Assembly: GCF_011045215.1 (NCBI RefSeq) | Contig: NZ_CP049201.1 | DNA: 64,000 nucleotides | From: Escherichia coli | GTDB lineage: Bacteria; Pseudomonadota; Gammaproteobacteria; Enterobacterales; Enterobacteriaceae | Direction: 5' to 3' (one strand) | Shown here: positions 1-13,456 of the stretch, piece after piece | How positions within the stretch are numbered: the first letter of the stretch is position 1 | Layout: each line of letters opens with the position of its first letter | Translations under genes and position numbers: made by a program | Notes under the pieces: model-generated | The model's input: only the letters and a program-made list of their open reading frames with translations | Told to the model about the DNA's origin: nothing | Databases searched by the model: none

Positions 1-149
1 TGGCTAACGCCTCAATGAATTAAAATTCAATTTATATGGATGATTATTCATTTGCAAGTCTAAAGCATAAATCTTTGTCACAAAGGTGGAGGCAATGTCA
101 GTGGTGTGTGACAATAAGAGTATCGGCAGGACATTAAGAGGAATGAGCC

Positions 150-566
150 ATGGCAAACCCGGAACAACTGGAAGAACAGCGTGAAGAAACACGTTTGATT
201 ATTGAAGAATTACTGGAAGATGGCAGCGATCCGGACGCGCTGTACACCATCGAACACCATCTTTCCGCAGACGATCTGGAAACCCTGGAAAAAGCAGCAG
301 TTGAAGCGTTTAAACTCGGTTACGAAGTGACCGATCCAGAAGAGCTGGAAGTTGAAGATGGTGATATCGTGATTTGCTGCGACATCCTCAGCGAGTGCGC
401 GTTGAATGCCGATCTGATCGATGCCCAGGTTGAACAACTGATGACGCTGGCGGAGAAATTTGACGTTGAGTACGACGGTTGGGGCACTTACTTTGAAGAT
501 CCCAACGGCGAAGACGGCGACGATGAAGATTTTGTCGATGAAGACGATGACGGGGTTCGCCACTAA
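150..566 (+). CDS. rraB: RraB, regulator of ribonuclease activity B
   Basis: 138-aa ORF with a very acidic Asp/Glu-rich C-terminus; matches E. coli RraB from memory and sits in the expected position next to yjgM. Confidence 0.92.
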
Positions 567-579
567 TTAATTGATTAAA

Positions 580-613
580 ATGCCCGATAGCACACACTAG
601 CGGGCATTTTTTT
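580..613. terminator. Putative bidirectional rho-independent terminator between rraB and yjgM
   Basis: Inverted repeat atgcccg/cgggcat (580-586 and 601-607) followed by a run of seven T (607-613). Confidence 0.5.
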
Positions 614-1115
614 AGAGTTCGCGTAGCATCCGCACTTCACAATCGACATGGCCCGTGCAGCCAAGCGCATAGTCGATATGCTCAAAGCCCAAATGCTCAT
701 AAAGCGCAATGGCTTCCTTTAAAAAAGCGGTCGTTTCCAGATAGCAGCGTTTGAAGCCCATTTCTCGTGCCTGCTCCATCGCCATTAAGGCCAGTTTTTT
801 CGCCAGCCCTTTACCGCGAATAGCCGGAAGAAAATACATCTTTTGCAGTTCGCAAATGTCCGATTCACTACCTGCTAATGGCGCAATCCCACCGCCGCCG
901 ACCACTTCACCCTCGTACTCAACCACCCAATATGCATGACCCGGCTGACTATACACTTGATACAGCTCGTCAAGATTCGGATCGGCGACGGTGTAGCCTT
1001 TATCAGCGGTAAGACCGTATTCGGCGGATACCTGACGAATGACGCGGGCGATAGCAGGATTATCCTGCAGCGTCAGGCGACGCATTACAGGTGATTGCGG
1101 CGCAATGTTATTCAT
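612..1115 (-). CDS. yjgM: GNAT-family N-acetyltransferase YjgM
   Basis: 167-aa ORF with a GNAT-type acetyl-CoA binding region (glycine-rich stretch then RGKGLAKKL); length and position match K-12 YjgM. Confidence 0.88.
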   Translation of the reverse strand: MNNIAPQSPVMRRLTLQDNPAIARVIRQVSAEYGLTADKGYTVADPNLDELYQVYSQPGHAYWVVEYEGEVVGGGGIAPLAGSESDICELQKMYFLPAIRGKGLAKKLALMAMEQAREMGFKRCYLETTAFLKEAIALYEHLGFEHIDYALGCTGHVDCEVRMLREL

Positions 1116-1307
1116 AGTTTAACCCAATAAAAATAAAGTAATTATACATTTGTTTAATACCACTCTCTTCTTACGTGCGCAAGCGTCTTATAAAGCAATA
1201 AAGTTTTTGCCAGCCTATTACTGATAAGAGTATTGTAACGTGGCAGAACATTTTACTGTCTGTATATATAAATTATATCAATGGATTTTTTAATTCAGGG
1301 AATTTTT

Positions 1308-2504
1308 ATGGCTCAAGTTATTAATGAAATGGATGTTCCGTCCCATTCGTTTGTTTTTCATGGCACAGGTGAGAGATATTTTCTTATTTGTGTGGTGAAT
1401 GTGTTGTTAACGATTATAACGCTAGGTATCTATTTACCATGGGCATTAATGAAATGTAAGCGTTATCTCTATGCTAATATGGAAGTTAACGGACAACGAT
1501 TTTCTTATGGAATTACTGGTGGGAATGTTTTTTTTAGTTGTCTTGTTTTTGTTTTTTTCTATTTCGCAATCTTAATGACAGTGTCAGCAGATATGCCGCT
1601 TGTTGGCTGTGTTTTGACTTTGTCACTGTTGGTTTTGCTTATATTTATGGCAGCAAAAGGACTGCGTTATCAGGCCTTGATGACCAGTCTCAACGGCGTA
1701 AGATTTAGTTTTAATTGCTCTTTGAAAGGGTTCTGGTGGGTAACCTTTTTCTTGCCGATTTTAATGGCCATTGGGATGGGGACTGTTTTCTTTATCTCGA
1801 CAAAGATGCTACATGCCAATAGTTCAAGTAGTGTTATTATATCTGTGGTTCTGATGGCAATAGTTGGTATTGTTTCCATTGGTATTTTTAATGGTACTTT
1901 ATATAGCCTGGTAATGAGTTTTCTCTGGAGCAATACCAGTTTCGGTATACATCGTTTCAAGGTGAAATTAGATACTGCGTATTGTATAAAATATGCCATC
2001 CTCGCATTTTTAGCTTTATTACCTTTTCTCGCTGTTGCTGGTTATATTATCTTCGATCAAATATTAAATGCGTATGATAGTTCTGTGTATGCAAATGATG
2101 ATATTGAGAATTTACAGCAATTTATGGAAATGCAACGTAAAATGATAATCGCGCAGTTAATCTATTATTTTGGGATTGCTGTTAGCACCAGTTATTTAAC
2201 GGTGTCGTTGCGAAATCATTTTATGAGCAACCTGTCACTGAATGATGGGCGTATTCGTTTTCGCTCAACTTTAACATACCACGGTATGCTTTATCGCATG
2301 TGTGCGTTGGTGGTGATATCCGGGATTACGGGCGGTCTGGCTTATCCACTGCTGAAAATATGGATGATTGACTGGCAGGCAAAAAATACGTATTTGCTGG
2401 GCGATTTGGATGACCTTCCTTTAATCAATAAAGAAGAACAACCAGATAAAGGCTTCTTAGCCAGTATTTCACGGGGAATTATGCCTTCTTTACCATTTCT
2501 GTAA
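1308..2504 (+). CDS. yjgN: Inner membrane protein YjgN (DUF898 family)
   Basis: Strongly hydrophobic multi-pass ORF; start moved to the internal Met (MAQVINEM) to give 398 aa as in K-12 YjgN. Confidence 0.85.
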   Translation: MAQVINEMDVPSHSFVFHGTGERYFLICVVNVLLTIITLGIYLPWALMKCKRYLYANMEVNGQRFSYGITGGNVFFSCLVFVFFYFAILMTVSADMPLVGCVLTLSLLVLLIFMAAKGLRYQALMTSLNGVRFSFNCSLKGFWWVTFFLPILMAIGMGTVFFISTKMLHANSSSSVIISVVLMAIVGIVSIGIFNGTLYSLVMSFLWSNTSFGIHRFKVKLDTAYCIKYAILAFLALLPFLAVAGYIIFDQILNAYDSSVYANDDIENLQQFMEMQRKMIIAQLIYYFGIAVSTSYLTVSLRNHFMSNLSLNDGRIRFRSTLTYHGMLYRMCALVVISGITGGLAYPLLKIWMIDWQAKNTYLLGDLDDLPLINKEEQPDKGFLASISRGIMPSLPFL

Positions 2505-2510
2505 GAGATA

Positions 2511-2544
2511 AAAAAGGCCGGAGCATGCTCCGGCCTTCGTTTTC
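2511..2544. terminator. Bidirectional rho-independent terminator between yjgN and valS
   Basis: GC-rich palindrome ggccggagc/gctccggcc (2516-2535) flanked by an A-run on one side and a T-rich run on the other. Confidence 0.75.
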
Positions 2545-2559
2545 ATCACTGTGTTTTGA

Positions 2560-5415
2560 TTACAGCGCGGCGATAACAGCCTGCTGTTCAATCAGCTTAG
2601 CTTTCGCTTCTGCATAGCCTTCCAGCTTCTCACGCTCTTTCGCGATGACCGCTTCCGGTGCGCGGGCGACAAAGCCTTCATTCGCCAGCTTGTTCTCGAT
2701 ACGGCTGATTTCGCCTTCGATCTTCGCCACTTCTTTCGCCAGACGCGCCAGCTCATCTTCTTTGTTGATGAGGCCAGCCATCGGGATCAGCAGCTCTGCG
2801 CCGTCGATGATCTTCGTAACGGAAACCGGACCTTTGTCATCGGCAGGCAGCACGGTGATGCTTTCCAGACGCGCCAGGGTTTGCAGGAAGCCACGGTTTT
2901 CATTTACGCGACGTTCTGCATCCGCGCTGCAACCACGCAGCAGCAGCTCCAGCGGTTTGCCCGGCGCGATGTTCATTTCTGCACGGATGTTACGTACCGC
3001 AACGATCGCCTGTTTCAGCCATTCGGTGTCGGCCAGTGCGGCTTCATCAACCTGAGATGCATCGTACTGCGGGAACGGCTGCAGCATGATGGTGTCGGCA
3101 GTGATACCGCAAAGTACTTTCACACGCTGCCAGATGGTTTCGGTGATGAACGGAATGATCGGATGCGCGAGGCGCAGCAGACCTTCCAGTACAGTCACCA
3201 GCGTATGGCGAGTACCGCGCAGTTCGGCTTCGGTTCCACCGTTCATTACCGGCTTGGTCAGCTCCAGATACCAGTCGCAGAACTGGTTCCAGGTGAACTC
3301 ATACAGAATGCCTGCAGCGATATCGAAGCGGAAGCTGTCCAGCGCTTCGCGGTACGCTTTGATGGTCTGGTTGAACTCTGCCAGAATCCAGCGGTCCGCC
3401 AGCGACAGCGTCATTTCACCACCGTTGAAGCCGCAATCCTGACCTTCCGTGTTCATCAGCACAAAGCGGCTGGCGTTCCACAGCTTGTTACAGAAGTTAC
3501 GGTAGCCTTCCAGGCGTTTCATATCCCAGTTGATGTCACGACCGGTAGACGCCAGTGCCGCCAGGGTGAAGCGCAGGGCATCGGTGCCGTGCGGCTCAAT
3601 ACCGTTCGGGAACTGCTTCTCGGTGCGCTTACGGATTTTGTCCGCCAGCTGCGGCTGCATCATATTGCCGGTACGTTTCTCCAGCAGTTCCGGCAGCGAA
3701 ATACCGTCAACCATATCCAGCGGGTCAATAACGTTACCCTTGGATTTGGACATCTTCTGACCTTCGTCATCACGAATCAGACCAGTCATGTAAACGGTGT
3801 GGAACGGCACCTGCGGTTTGCCATTTTCATCTTTGATGAAGTGCATGGTCATCATGATCATGCGGGCAATCCAGAAGAAGATGATGTCGAAACCAGATAC
3901 CATCACGCTGGTTGGGTGGAACTGGCGCAGTGCGTCGGTGTTTTCCGGCCAGCCTAGGGTAGAGAAGGTCCACAGCGCAGAAGAGAACCAGGTGTCGAGA
4001 ACGTCTTCGTCCTGACGCAGGGCAACGTCGGCACCGAGGTTATTTTCCTTGCGCACTTCTTCTTCGTTGCGGCCAACATAAACGTTACCTGCTTCGTCGT
4101 ACCATGCAGGGATACGGTGACCCCACCACAGCTGACGAGAGATACACCAGTCCTGAATATCGCGCATCCAGGAGAAGTACATGTTTTCGTACTGCTTCGG
4201 TACGAACTGAATGTCGCCGTTCTCAACCGCTTCAACCGCCGGTTTCGCCAGTACATCGGCACGCACGTACCACTGGTCGGTCAGCATTGGTTCGATAACT
4301 ACGCCGCCACGGTCGCCGTAAGGAACGGTCAGGTCGTGCGGTTTAATTTCTTCCAGCAGGCCGAGTGCGTCAACCGCAGCAACGACTGCTTTACGTGCAG
4401 CAAAACGCTCGAGTTTCTGGAACTCTGCCGGGATTTCGCTGGAATAAACGTCAGATTCGTTACCTTTGGTATCGAACACCTGGGCGCTTTCACGGATATC
4501 GCCGTCAAAGGTCAGGATGTTGATCATCGGCAGCGCGTGACGTTTACCCACTTCATAGTCGTTAAAGTCGTGCGCCGGAGTGATTTTCACGCAGCCGGTG
4601 CCTTTTTCCATGTCGGCGTGTTCGTCGCCAACGATCGGAATACGACGGTTAACCAGCGGTAGAATGACATATTTGCCAATCAGGTCTTTGTAACGCGGAT
4701 CTTCCGGGTTAACGGCCACGCCGGTATCGCCCAACAGGGTTTCCGGACGGGTAGTCGCAACCACCAGATAATCTTTACCGTCTGCGGTTTTCGCGCCGTC
4801 AGCCAGCGGATAGCGGATGTGCCACATCGAACCTTTCGATTCGCGGTTTTCCACTTCCAGGTCAGAGATAGCGGTGCGCAGTTTCGGATCCCAGTTTACC
4901 AGGCGTTTGCCACGGTAAATCAGGTCTTCTTTATACAGACGAACGAAAACTTCTTTCACCGCATTGGACAGGCCTTCGTCCATCGTGAAGCGTTCACGCT
5001 CCCAGTCGACGGAGTTGCCGAGACGGCGCATCTGACGGGTAATCGTGCCGCCGGATTCCGCTTTCCATTCCCAAATTTTGTCGATGAAAGCTTCGCGGCC
5101 GTAGTCGTGACGGGTTTTACCTTCTTCTGCGGCAATCTTGCGCTCAACGACCATCTGGGTAGCGATCCCGGCGTGGTCAGTACCGACCTGCCACAGGGTG
5201 TTTTTGCCCTGCATGCGCTGATAGCGGATCATGGTATCCATGATGGTTTGCTGGAAGGCGTGACCCATATGCAAACTGCCGGTGACGTTCGGCGGCGGGA
5301 TCATGATGCAGAAACTTTCCTGGCTTTCATCGCCATTAGGCTTAAAGTAGCCCTGCTTTTCCCAGTGCTCGTAAAGCGGCTGTTCGATATCTTGTGGGTT
5401 GTATGTCTTTTCCAT
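2560..5415 (-). CDS. valS: Valine--tRNA ligase
   Basis: 951-aa ORF with class I aminoacyl-tRNA synthetase HMGH and KMSKS motifs and a C-terminal coiled coil; matches E. coli ValS length. Confidence 0.97.
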
Positions 5416-5858
5416 TATTTCCAGGTTGCCGTATTCAGGTTGAAACCAGCCACGCGGTAGGCTTTATAGCGTTCGCGCGCCAGTTGTTTCAGAGAATCTT
5501 CATAAGGGACGAAGTCTACCACTTCTGTGAAAGCGGTGGCAAAATCTGCAAAGCTTGTTCGCAGACTAATCAATATATCGCGCGGGCTGCTGCTGCGCTT
5601 TTGCGGCCAGGCGATCTCCACCGGCGCACCGCCGCGCGGTCCTTCTCCCGCTAAATTATGCGGAACAAAGCTTTCTGCCGGACGCGCCCACAGGGCTTCA
5701 TCCAGCCGGTAAGCCTGCTTTTCATCTTCACAGGCGATGAGCACGCGCTTACCGCTGCGCCAACGTTCTGCGGCAATTTCACACACCAGTTGCTCAACGG
5801 CGCTTAAGCCATCGACGGTGGTGTCATTGTCCAGAAGGTAGAACGTCGCGTTTTTCAT
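5415..5858 (-). CDS. holC: DNA polymerase III chi subunit
   Basis: 147-aa ORF directly upstream of valS with overlapping stop and start codons; matches E. coli HolC. Confidence 0.93.
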
Positions 5859-5890
5859 AAATGGGGCTTCTTGTGGTGGATTTAAATACG

Positions 5891-6212
<322 letters not shown>

Positions 6213-6214
6213 AA

Positions 6215-7729
<1,515 letters not shown>

Positions 7730-7992
7730 CTACGCTCCTGAATCTTAAAGACAACGGCGGTGGCTACAGATAGAATTGCAAGCTTTCGTAACTCATGTCC
7801 GCTGTTGCGATGACTTCGTGTTAATCTTAACGTTATTACGGCATTGGCACGTCAGAACAAAATCTGAGAGGTGAATCCGTTGAGTATAATTATCTTAGCG
7901 ACGATTTCGACGACTCAAGAGAATAAATGACGTTTAAGCCATGAAACAAGCTAAAATCCTGCAAAAGACGAGTTTTTACGGGCGTATTTAAA

Positions 7993-9093
7993 GTGATAAT
8001 CATAAGATATCTGGTGCGGGAGACGCTCAAAAGCCAGCTGGCGATACTCTTCATCTTGCTTTTGATCTTCTTCTGTCAAAAGTTAGTGAGGATCCTCGGC
8101 GCAGCGGTTGACGGCGATATTCCGGCGAATCTGGTGCTCTCCCTTCTCGGGTTGGGCGTGCCGGAAATGGCGCAGCTTATCCTGCCATTAAGCCTGTTCC
8201 TCGGGCTGCTGATGACGCTGGGCAAACTGTATACCGAAAGTGAAATTACGGTAATGCATGCCTGCGGCCTGAGCAAAGCGGTTCTGGTGAAAGCGGCAAT
8301 GATCCTTGCGGTATTCACGGCAATCGTCGCGGCGGTTAACGTGATGTGGGCGGGACCGTGGTCATCGCGTCATCAGGATGAAGTGTTAGCAGAAGCGAAA
8401 GCGAACCCTGGCATGGCGGCGCTGGCGCAAGGGCAATTCCAGCAAGCGACTAATGGCAGCTCGGTGCTGTTCATCGAAAGCGTTGACGGCAGCGATTTCA
8501 AAGATGTGTTCCTCGCGCAAATTCGACCAAAAGGTAATGCACGTCCTTCTGTGGTGGTGGCCGATTCCGGACATTTAACCCAGCTGCGCGACGGCTCCCA
8601 GGTCGTCACTCTCAACCAGGGAACGCGCTTCGAAGGCACTGCACTGTTACGTGATTTCCGCATTACGGACTTCCAGGATTATCAGGCGATCATTGGTCAC
8701 CAGGCGGTGGCGCTCGACCCGAACGATACCGACCAGATGGACATGCGTACATTGTGGAACACTGACACCGATCGTGCCCGCGCAGAACTGAACTGGCGTA
8801 TCACGTTGGTATTCACCGTGTTTATGATGGCACTTATGGTCGTACCGCTGAGCGTGGTTAACCCACGTCAGGGACGCGTACTGTCGATGCTGCCAGCCAT
8901 GCTGCTGTATCTACTTTTCTTCCTGATCCAGACCTCCCTGAAATCGAACGGCGGTAAAGGTAAGCTGGACCCGACGCTGTGGATGTGGACCGTTAACCTG
9001 ATTTATCTGGCTTTGGCGATTGTTCTCAACCTTTGGGACACCGTGCCGGTCCGCCGCCTGCGCGCCAGTTTTTCGCGTAAAGGAGCGGTGTGA
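7993..9093 (+). CDS. lptF: LPS export ABC transporter permease LptF
   Basis: 366-aa membrane ORF with a GTG start, translationally coupled to lptG; matches E. coli LptF. Confidence 0.94.
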   Translation: MIIIRYLVRETLKSQLAILFILLLIFFCQKLVRILGAAVDGDIPANLVLSLLGLGVPEMAQLILPLSLFLGLLMTLGKLYTESEITVMHACGLSKAVLVKAAMILAVFTAIVAAVNVMWAGPWSSRHQDEVLAEAKANPGMAALAQGQFQQATNGSSVLFIESVDGSDFKDVFLAQIRPKGNARPSVVVADSGHLTQLRDGSQVVTLNQGTRFEGTALLRDFRITDFQDYQAIIGHQAVALDPNDTDQMDMRTLWNTDTDRARAELNWRITLVFTVFMMALMVVPLSVVNPRQGRVLSMLPAMLLYLLFFLIQTSLKSNGGKGKLDPTLWMWTVNLIYLALAIVLNLWDTVPVRRLRASFSRKGAV

Positions 9094-10175
9094 TGCAACC
9101 TTTTGGCGTACTTGACCGCTATATCGGTAAAACTATTTTCACTACCATCATGATGACGCTGTTCATGCTGGTGTCGCTGTCGGGCATTATCAAGTTTGTC
9201 GATCAGCTGAAAAAAGCCGGGCAGGGGAGTTACGACGCGTTAGGCGCAGGAATGTATACCTTGCTGAGCGTGCCGAAAGATGTGCAAATCTTCTTCCCGA
9301 TGGCGGCTCTGCTTGGGGCGTTGCTTGGTCTTGGGATGCTGGCGCAGCGCAGCGAACTGGTGGTGATGCAGGCTTCTGGTTTTACCCGTATGCAGGTGGC
9401 GCTGTCGGTGATGAAAACCGCCATTCCGCTGGTCTTGCTGACGATGGCGATTGGCGAATGGGTCGCGCCGCAGGGCGAGCAGATGGCGCGTAACTACCGT
9501 GCGCAGGCGATGTACGGCGGCTCGTTGCTCTCTACCCAGCAAGGTTTATGGGCGAAAGATGGCAACAACTTCGTCTACATTGAGCGGGTTAAAGGTGACG
9601 AAGAGTTAGGTGGCATCAGTATTTATGCCTTTAACGAGAATCGTCGTCTGCAATCCGTACGCTATGCCGCTACCGCGAAGTTTGACCCGGAACATAAAGT
9701 CTGGCGTCTGTCGCAGGTTGATGAATCTGATCTGACCAATCCGAAACAGATCACCGGTTCGCAGACGGTGAGCGGCACCTGGAAAACCAACCTCACGCCG
9801 GACAAACTGGGCGTGGTGGCGCTGGACCCGGATGCACTCTCCATCAGTGGTTTGCACAACTATGTGAAGTATCTGAAGTCGAGCGGTCAGGATGCCGGAC
9901 GTTATCAGCTCAACATGTGGAGCAAAATCTTCCAGCCGCTATCTGTGGCGGTGATGATGCTGATGGCGCTGTCGTTCATCTTTGGCCCACTGCGTAGCGT
10001 ACCGATGGGCGTGCGTGTGGTCACCGGTATCAGTTTCGGTTTTGTCTTCTACGTACTGGACCAGATCTTCGGTCCGCTGACGTTGGTTTATGGTATCCCG
10101 CCGATCATCGGCGCACTGTTGCCAAGCGCCAGCTTCTTCTTAATCAGCCTGTGGCTGTTAATGAGAAAATCGTAA
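9093..10175 (+). CDS. lptG: LPS export ABC transporter permease LptG
   Basis: 360 aa from the second Met of the track ORF; matches E. coli LptG. Confidence 0.94.
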   Translation: MQPFGVLDRYIGKTIFTTIMMTLFMLVSLSGIIKFVDQLKKAGQGSYDALGAGMYTLLSVPKDVQIFFPMAALLGALLGLGMLAQRSELVVMQASGFTRMQVALSVMKTAIPLVLLTMAIGEWVAPQGEQMARNYRAQAMYGGSLLSTQQGLWAKDGNNFVYIERVKGDEELGGISIYAFNENRRLQSVRYAATAKFDPEHKVWRLSQVDESDLTNPKQITGSQTVSGTWKTNLTPDKLGVVALDPDALSISGLHNYVKYLKSSGQDAGRYQLNMWSKIFQPLSVAVMMLMALSFIFGPLRSVPMGVRVVTGISFGFVFYVLDQIFGPLTLVYGIPPIIGALLPSASFFLISLWLLMRKS

Positions 10176-10189
10176 CCGAATGAACGAAT

Positions 10190-10218
10190 AAAGGGAGCGA
10201 AAGCTCCCTTTATTATTG
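10190..10218 (+). terminator. Rho-independent terminator after lptG
   Basis: Stem aagggagc/gctccctt with a gaaa loop, followed by ttattatt. Confidence 0.7.
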
Positions 10219-10285
10219 TTAGCAAAGTGTGCTTCGTTCATTCCTGAAAAATAATTAAAATTCAATATATTGCTGTGGGGTGGGC

Positions 10286-10315
10286 ATGATAAGACGCGCC
10301 AGCGTCGCATCAGGC
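10286..10315. repeat. REP element
   Basis: gataagacgcgccagcgtcgcatcaggc motif of the same family as the holC-pepA array. Confidence 0.7.
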
Positions 10316-10335
10316 AAAGACAAATCTCGCCTGAC

Positions 10336-11838
10336 TTACCTTCTTCTCCCCCCCAGCAAACTCCCCAACATCCCGCGTACAATCTGATTCGTCACCTGGC
10401 GAGCGGCGCTTTTGGCCATTGTTTGCACCACACCATCTTTCTTCCCGCCGCGTGGTCCGGTAGTGCCAAACAAAATATCCTTCAATCCACCAAGAATGCC
10501 GTCATCCACCGCTACCTCTTTCCCTTTCGCGGGGGGATTATTTTGCTGCTCGGTACTGGCCTGAAAGCCTTTTTGCAACATCTCATAGGCGGATTCCCGG
10601 TCCACCTCATCCTCATATTTGCCATACACCGGGGAGTGATTAATCAAGCCATTACGCTCATCTTCCGTCACCGGCCCCATCCGCGAACAAGGCGCAATCA
10701 CCATCGCCCGTTCCACCACAGAAGGACTTCCTTTTGCATCGAGAAACGAGATTAACGCCTCGCCGGTCCCCAGTTCCTGGATTGCCTTTTCGGTATCAAA
10801 TGCAGGGTTGGGGCGCATGGTTTGCGCCGCAGCTTTTACCGCTTTCTGATCTTTGGGCGTAAAAGCACGCAAAGCGTGTTGAACGCGATTACCGAGCTGC
10901 CCGAGCACATTATCCGGAATATCAGACGGGTTTTGCGAAACGAACCAGACGCCCACGCCTTTTGAGCGAATAAGCCTTATCACCTGCTCAATCTTATCCA
11001 GCAGTACCTGCGGTGCATCGTTAAACAGCAGATGTGCTTCGTCGAAGAAAAACACCAGTTTTGGCTTCTCGAGATCGCCCGCTTCCGGCAATTGTTCATA
11101 CAACTCTGAAATCATCCACAGCAGGCTGGCGGCGTACAGTTTCGGCATCTGATAAAGTTTCTCGGCGCTGAGGATATTGATAACGCCTTTACCGTTGGCA
11201 TCGGTGCGCATCCAGTCTTTGATATCCAGCATCGGCTCACCAAAAAAGTGTGTTGCGCCTTGCTGTTCCAGCGATAACAGCCCGCGCTGGATGGCACCAA
11301 CCGATGCGCTACTGATATTACCGTACTGATTCTGGAAAGATTTGGCGTTATCGCCGATGTACTGGGTAATCGCCCGCAAATCTTTAAAGTCGAACAGTAA
11401 CAGCCCCTGATCGTCAGCAATGCGGAAGATGATATTCAGCACGCCAGATTGCACATCGTTGAGATTCAACAGCCGCGCCAGCAACAGCGGCCCCAGATCC
11501 GAAACCGTCGCCCGCACCGGATGGCCTTTCTCGCCAAAGATATCCCACACCACCACCGGATTGGCATGCGGTTGCCAGTCATTGACGCCGATATTTTTAA
11601 GCCTTGTGAGCAGTTTTTCCGATGCCGTTCCTGCCTGCGCGATACCGGTCAGATCGCCTTTCACATCAGCCATAAACACCGGCACGCCGATTTCCGACAA
11701 TGACTCTGCCAGTTTTTGCAGCGTAACGGTTTTACCCGTCCCCGTTGCGCCAGTAATCAGCCCGTGACGGTTAGCCATTCCCGGCAGTAAAAACAGTTCT
11801 GTGTCCGGCGTGCGGGCAATTAACAGGGGTTCGCTCAT
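10336..11838 (-). CDS. yjgR: YjgR, P-loop NTPase of the DUF853 family
   Basis: 500 aa from the internal Met ([12 protein letters not shown]), Walker A motif GATGTGKT; matches K-12 YjgR. Confidence 0.88.
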   Translation of the reverse strand: MSEPLLIARTPDTELFLLPGMANRHGLITGATGTGKTVTLQKLAESLSEIGVPVFMADVKGDLTGIAQAGTASEKLLTRLKNIGVNDWQPHANPVVVWDIFGEKGHPVRATVSDLGPLLLARLLNLNDVQSGVLNIIFRIADDQGLLLFDFKDLRAITQYIGDNAKSFQNQYGNISSASVGAIQRGLLSLEQQGATHFFGEPMLDIKDWMRTDANGKGVINILSAEKLYQMPKLYAASLLWMISELYEQLPEAGDLEKPKLVFFFDEAHLLFNDAPQVLLDKIEQVIRLIRSKGVGVWFVSQNPSDIPDNVLGQLGNRVQHALRAFTPKDQKAVKAAAQTMRPNPAFDTEKAIQELGTGEALISFLDAKGSPSVVERAMVIAPCSRMGPVTEDERNGLINHSPVYGKYEDEVDRESAYEMLQKGFQASTEQQNNPPAKGKEVAVDDGILGGLKDILFGTTGPRGGKKDGVVQTMAKSAARQVTNQIVRGMLGSLLGGRRR

Positions 11839-11967
11839 GAGATTTCCTCCAGTTTCCTGCCTGGAGTATAGGCAACGGCTGCGCACTCTTCACCGCCAAA
11901 TTCAGCAGATTGCGAGACGCCTTCCAAAGAGATTTAAGTGCCGGGCGACAGGCACCCGGCAAAGAGA

Positions 11968-12987
11968 TCAGAAGTCAGCTTTCAGAACCACGCGGTAACG
12001 CGCCTTACCGTCGCGCACATGCTGGATGGCGTCGTTAATTTTCGACATCGGGAACAGTTCGGTAGTCGGCGCAACCTTGCTGCGGGCGGCAAAGCGCATC
12101 AGCTTACGCAACTCATAAGGTGTACCGGTAGCAGAGCCAGAGACACTGCGATCGCCCGCAATCAGCGTAAAGGCCGGAACCGGCAACGGCGTGAGAACCG
12201 CACCGACTGTATGGAAATTACCGCCATAGGTCAGCGCCTCAAAATAAGGCTGCCAGTCGAGGCTGACGTTCACAGTATTGATAATGAGATCAAACTGCCC
12301 CGACAGGGCTTTCAGTGCCTGCGGATCGCGGCTATTCACCACTTTATCGGCACCCATCGCCAGTACTTCCTGCTCTTTCGCCGGATTAGAACTAAAGGCC
12401 GTCACCTCGCATCCCATTGCGTGCAGAAGTTTTATAGCGATATGCCCCAGCCCGCCAATACCAATTACCCCAACGCGGCTGGTAGCAGTGATATGGTGCA
12501 TCAACAGTGGTTTAAAGACCGTGATACCGCCGCACAACAGCGGCCCGGCGGACTCGATATCAATATTTTCTGGCAGTGGAATCACCCATTGCCAGTCCGC
12601 ACGCAACTTCTCGGCAAAGCCACCGCGATTCATAATCGTCGGCACCGCACCTTGCTCGCAGTTGATCTGATTACCGCTAATACAGGCGTCGCAATGCCCG
12701 CAGCTACGCGCCGTCCAGCCAATCCCGACACGCTGACCGACCTGCAAACCTTTATCCTGCGCGGCGCTCCCGAGCGCCACCACGCGACCAATCACCTCAT
12801 GCCCGGCAACCAGCGGATATTGCGAAAATCCCCATTCGTTATCGATCATCGACAGATCGGAATGGCAGATCCCGCAGTAATCCACCTGCACTTCAACATC
12901 TTGTGGCCTCAGCTCACCGGGATCGTACTCATAAACTTCCAGTTCGCCGCCCGCTTCTTTTGCGGCATAGCTTTTTATCATCGACAT
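11968..12987 (-). CDS. ahr: NADPH-dependent aldehyde reductase Ahr (zinc-dependent alcohol dehydrogenase family)
   Basis: 339 aa from the internal start [14 protein letters not shown]; zinc-binding GHEVIG and C-x2-C-x2-C motifs; matches K-12 Ahr/YjgB. Confidence 0.92.
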   Translation of the reverse strand: MSMIKSYAAKEAGGELEVYEYDPGELRPQDVEVQVDYCGICHSDLSMIDNEWGFSQYPLVAGHEVIGRVVALGSAAQDKGLQVGQRVGIGWTARSCGHCDACISGNQINCEQGAVPTIMNRGGFAEKLRADWQWVIPLPENIDIESAGPLLCGGITVFKPLLMHHITATSRVGVIGIGGLGHIAIKLLHAMGCEVTAFSSNPAKEQEVLAMGADKVVNSRDPQALKALSGQFDLIINTVNVSLDWQPYFEALTYGGNFHTVGAVLTPLPVPAFTLIAGDRSVSGSATGTPYELRKLMRFAARSKVAPTTELFPMSKINDAIQHVRDGKARYRVVLKADF

Positions 12988-13182
12988 TTTTTGGTCCTTC
13001 TCTGGTGTTGTTTGGGAAGTGTAGAGCATGGCAGGGCGGGGTGCCTGGAGTGTGACAAAGGTTACACATCGCTGTATGCAATGCTGAAAATTTCAGCACT
13101 TAGCGAGGTGCGAGCAAGCTGGCGCTTGCATGGTGGCGTGCGACAGGTATAATCCACAACGTTTTCCGCATACCTCTTCAGT

Positions 13183-13267
13183 GCCGAAGTGGCGAAATCG
13201 GTAGACGCAGTTGATTCAAAATCAACCGTAGAAATACGTGCCGGTTCGAGTCCGGCCTTCGGCACCA
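13183..13267 (+). tRNA. leuX: tRNA-Leu (anticodon CAA)
   Basis: 85-nt sequence GCCGAAGTGGCGAAATCGGTAGACGC...TTCGAGTCCGGCCTTCGGCACCA with CAA anticodon loop, long variable arm and encoded CCA end. Confidence 0.93.
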
Positions 13268-13456
13268 TAAAAAGCTTTTTTCAAGTCTACCAACGTCTAC
13301 TTTAGTCCATAAAAACAGTAAGTTAAGCAGAGTTTTGGCCTTTCTTAGTCTGTTCACGTCTACTTACTTCTATCCACATATACCAACGAATGATGGTATA
13401 ACTGGTGGTATCTTCGGTTCGATTGATTTTGATACCAACAGCGGAGGTATCAACTG

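Noticed and set aside
2881-3957. 358-aa ORF antisense to valS, with several other antisense ORFs at 2645-5460
   Set aside because: They lie entirely within the well-supported valS gene on the opposite strand and have low-complexity Arg/Ser-rich composition typical of antisense frames in GC-rich genes
11938-13152. 404-aa plus-strand ORF
   Set aside because: Antisense to ahr and spanning the yjgR-ahr junction; His/Arg-rich with no motif, whereas the minus-strand ahr is unambiguous
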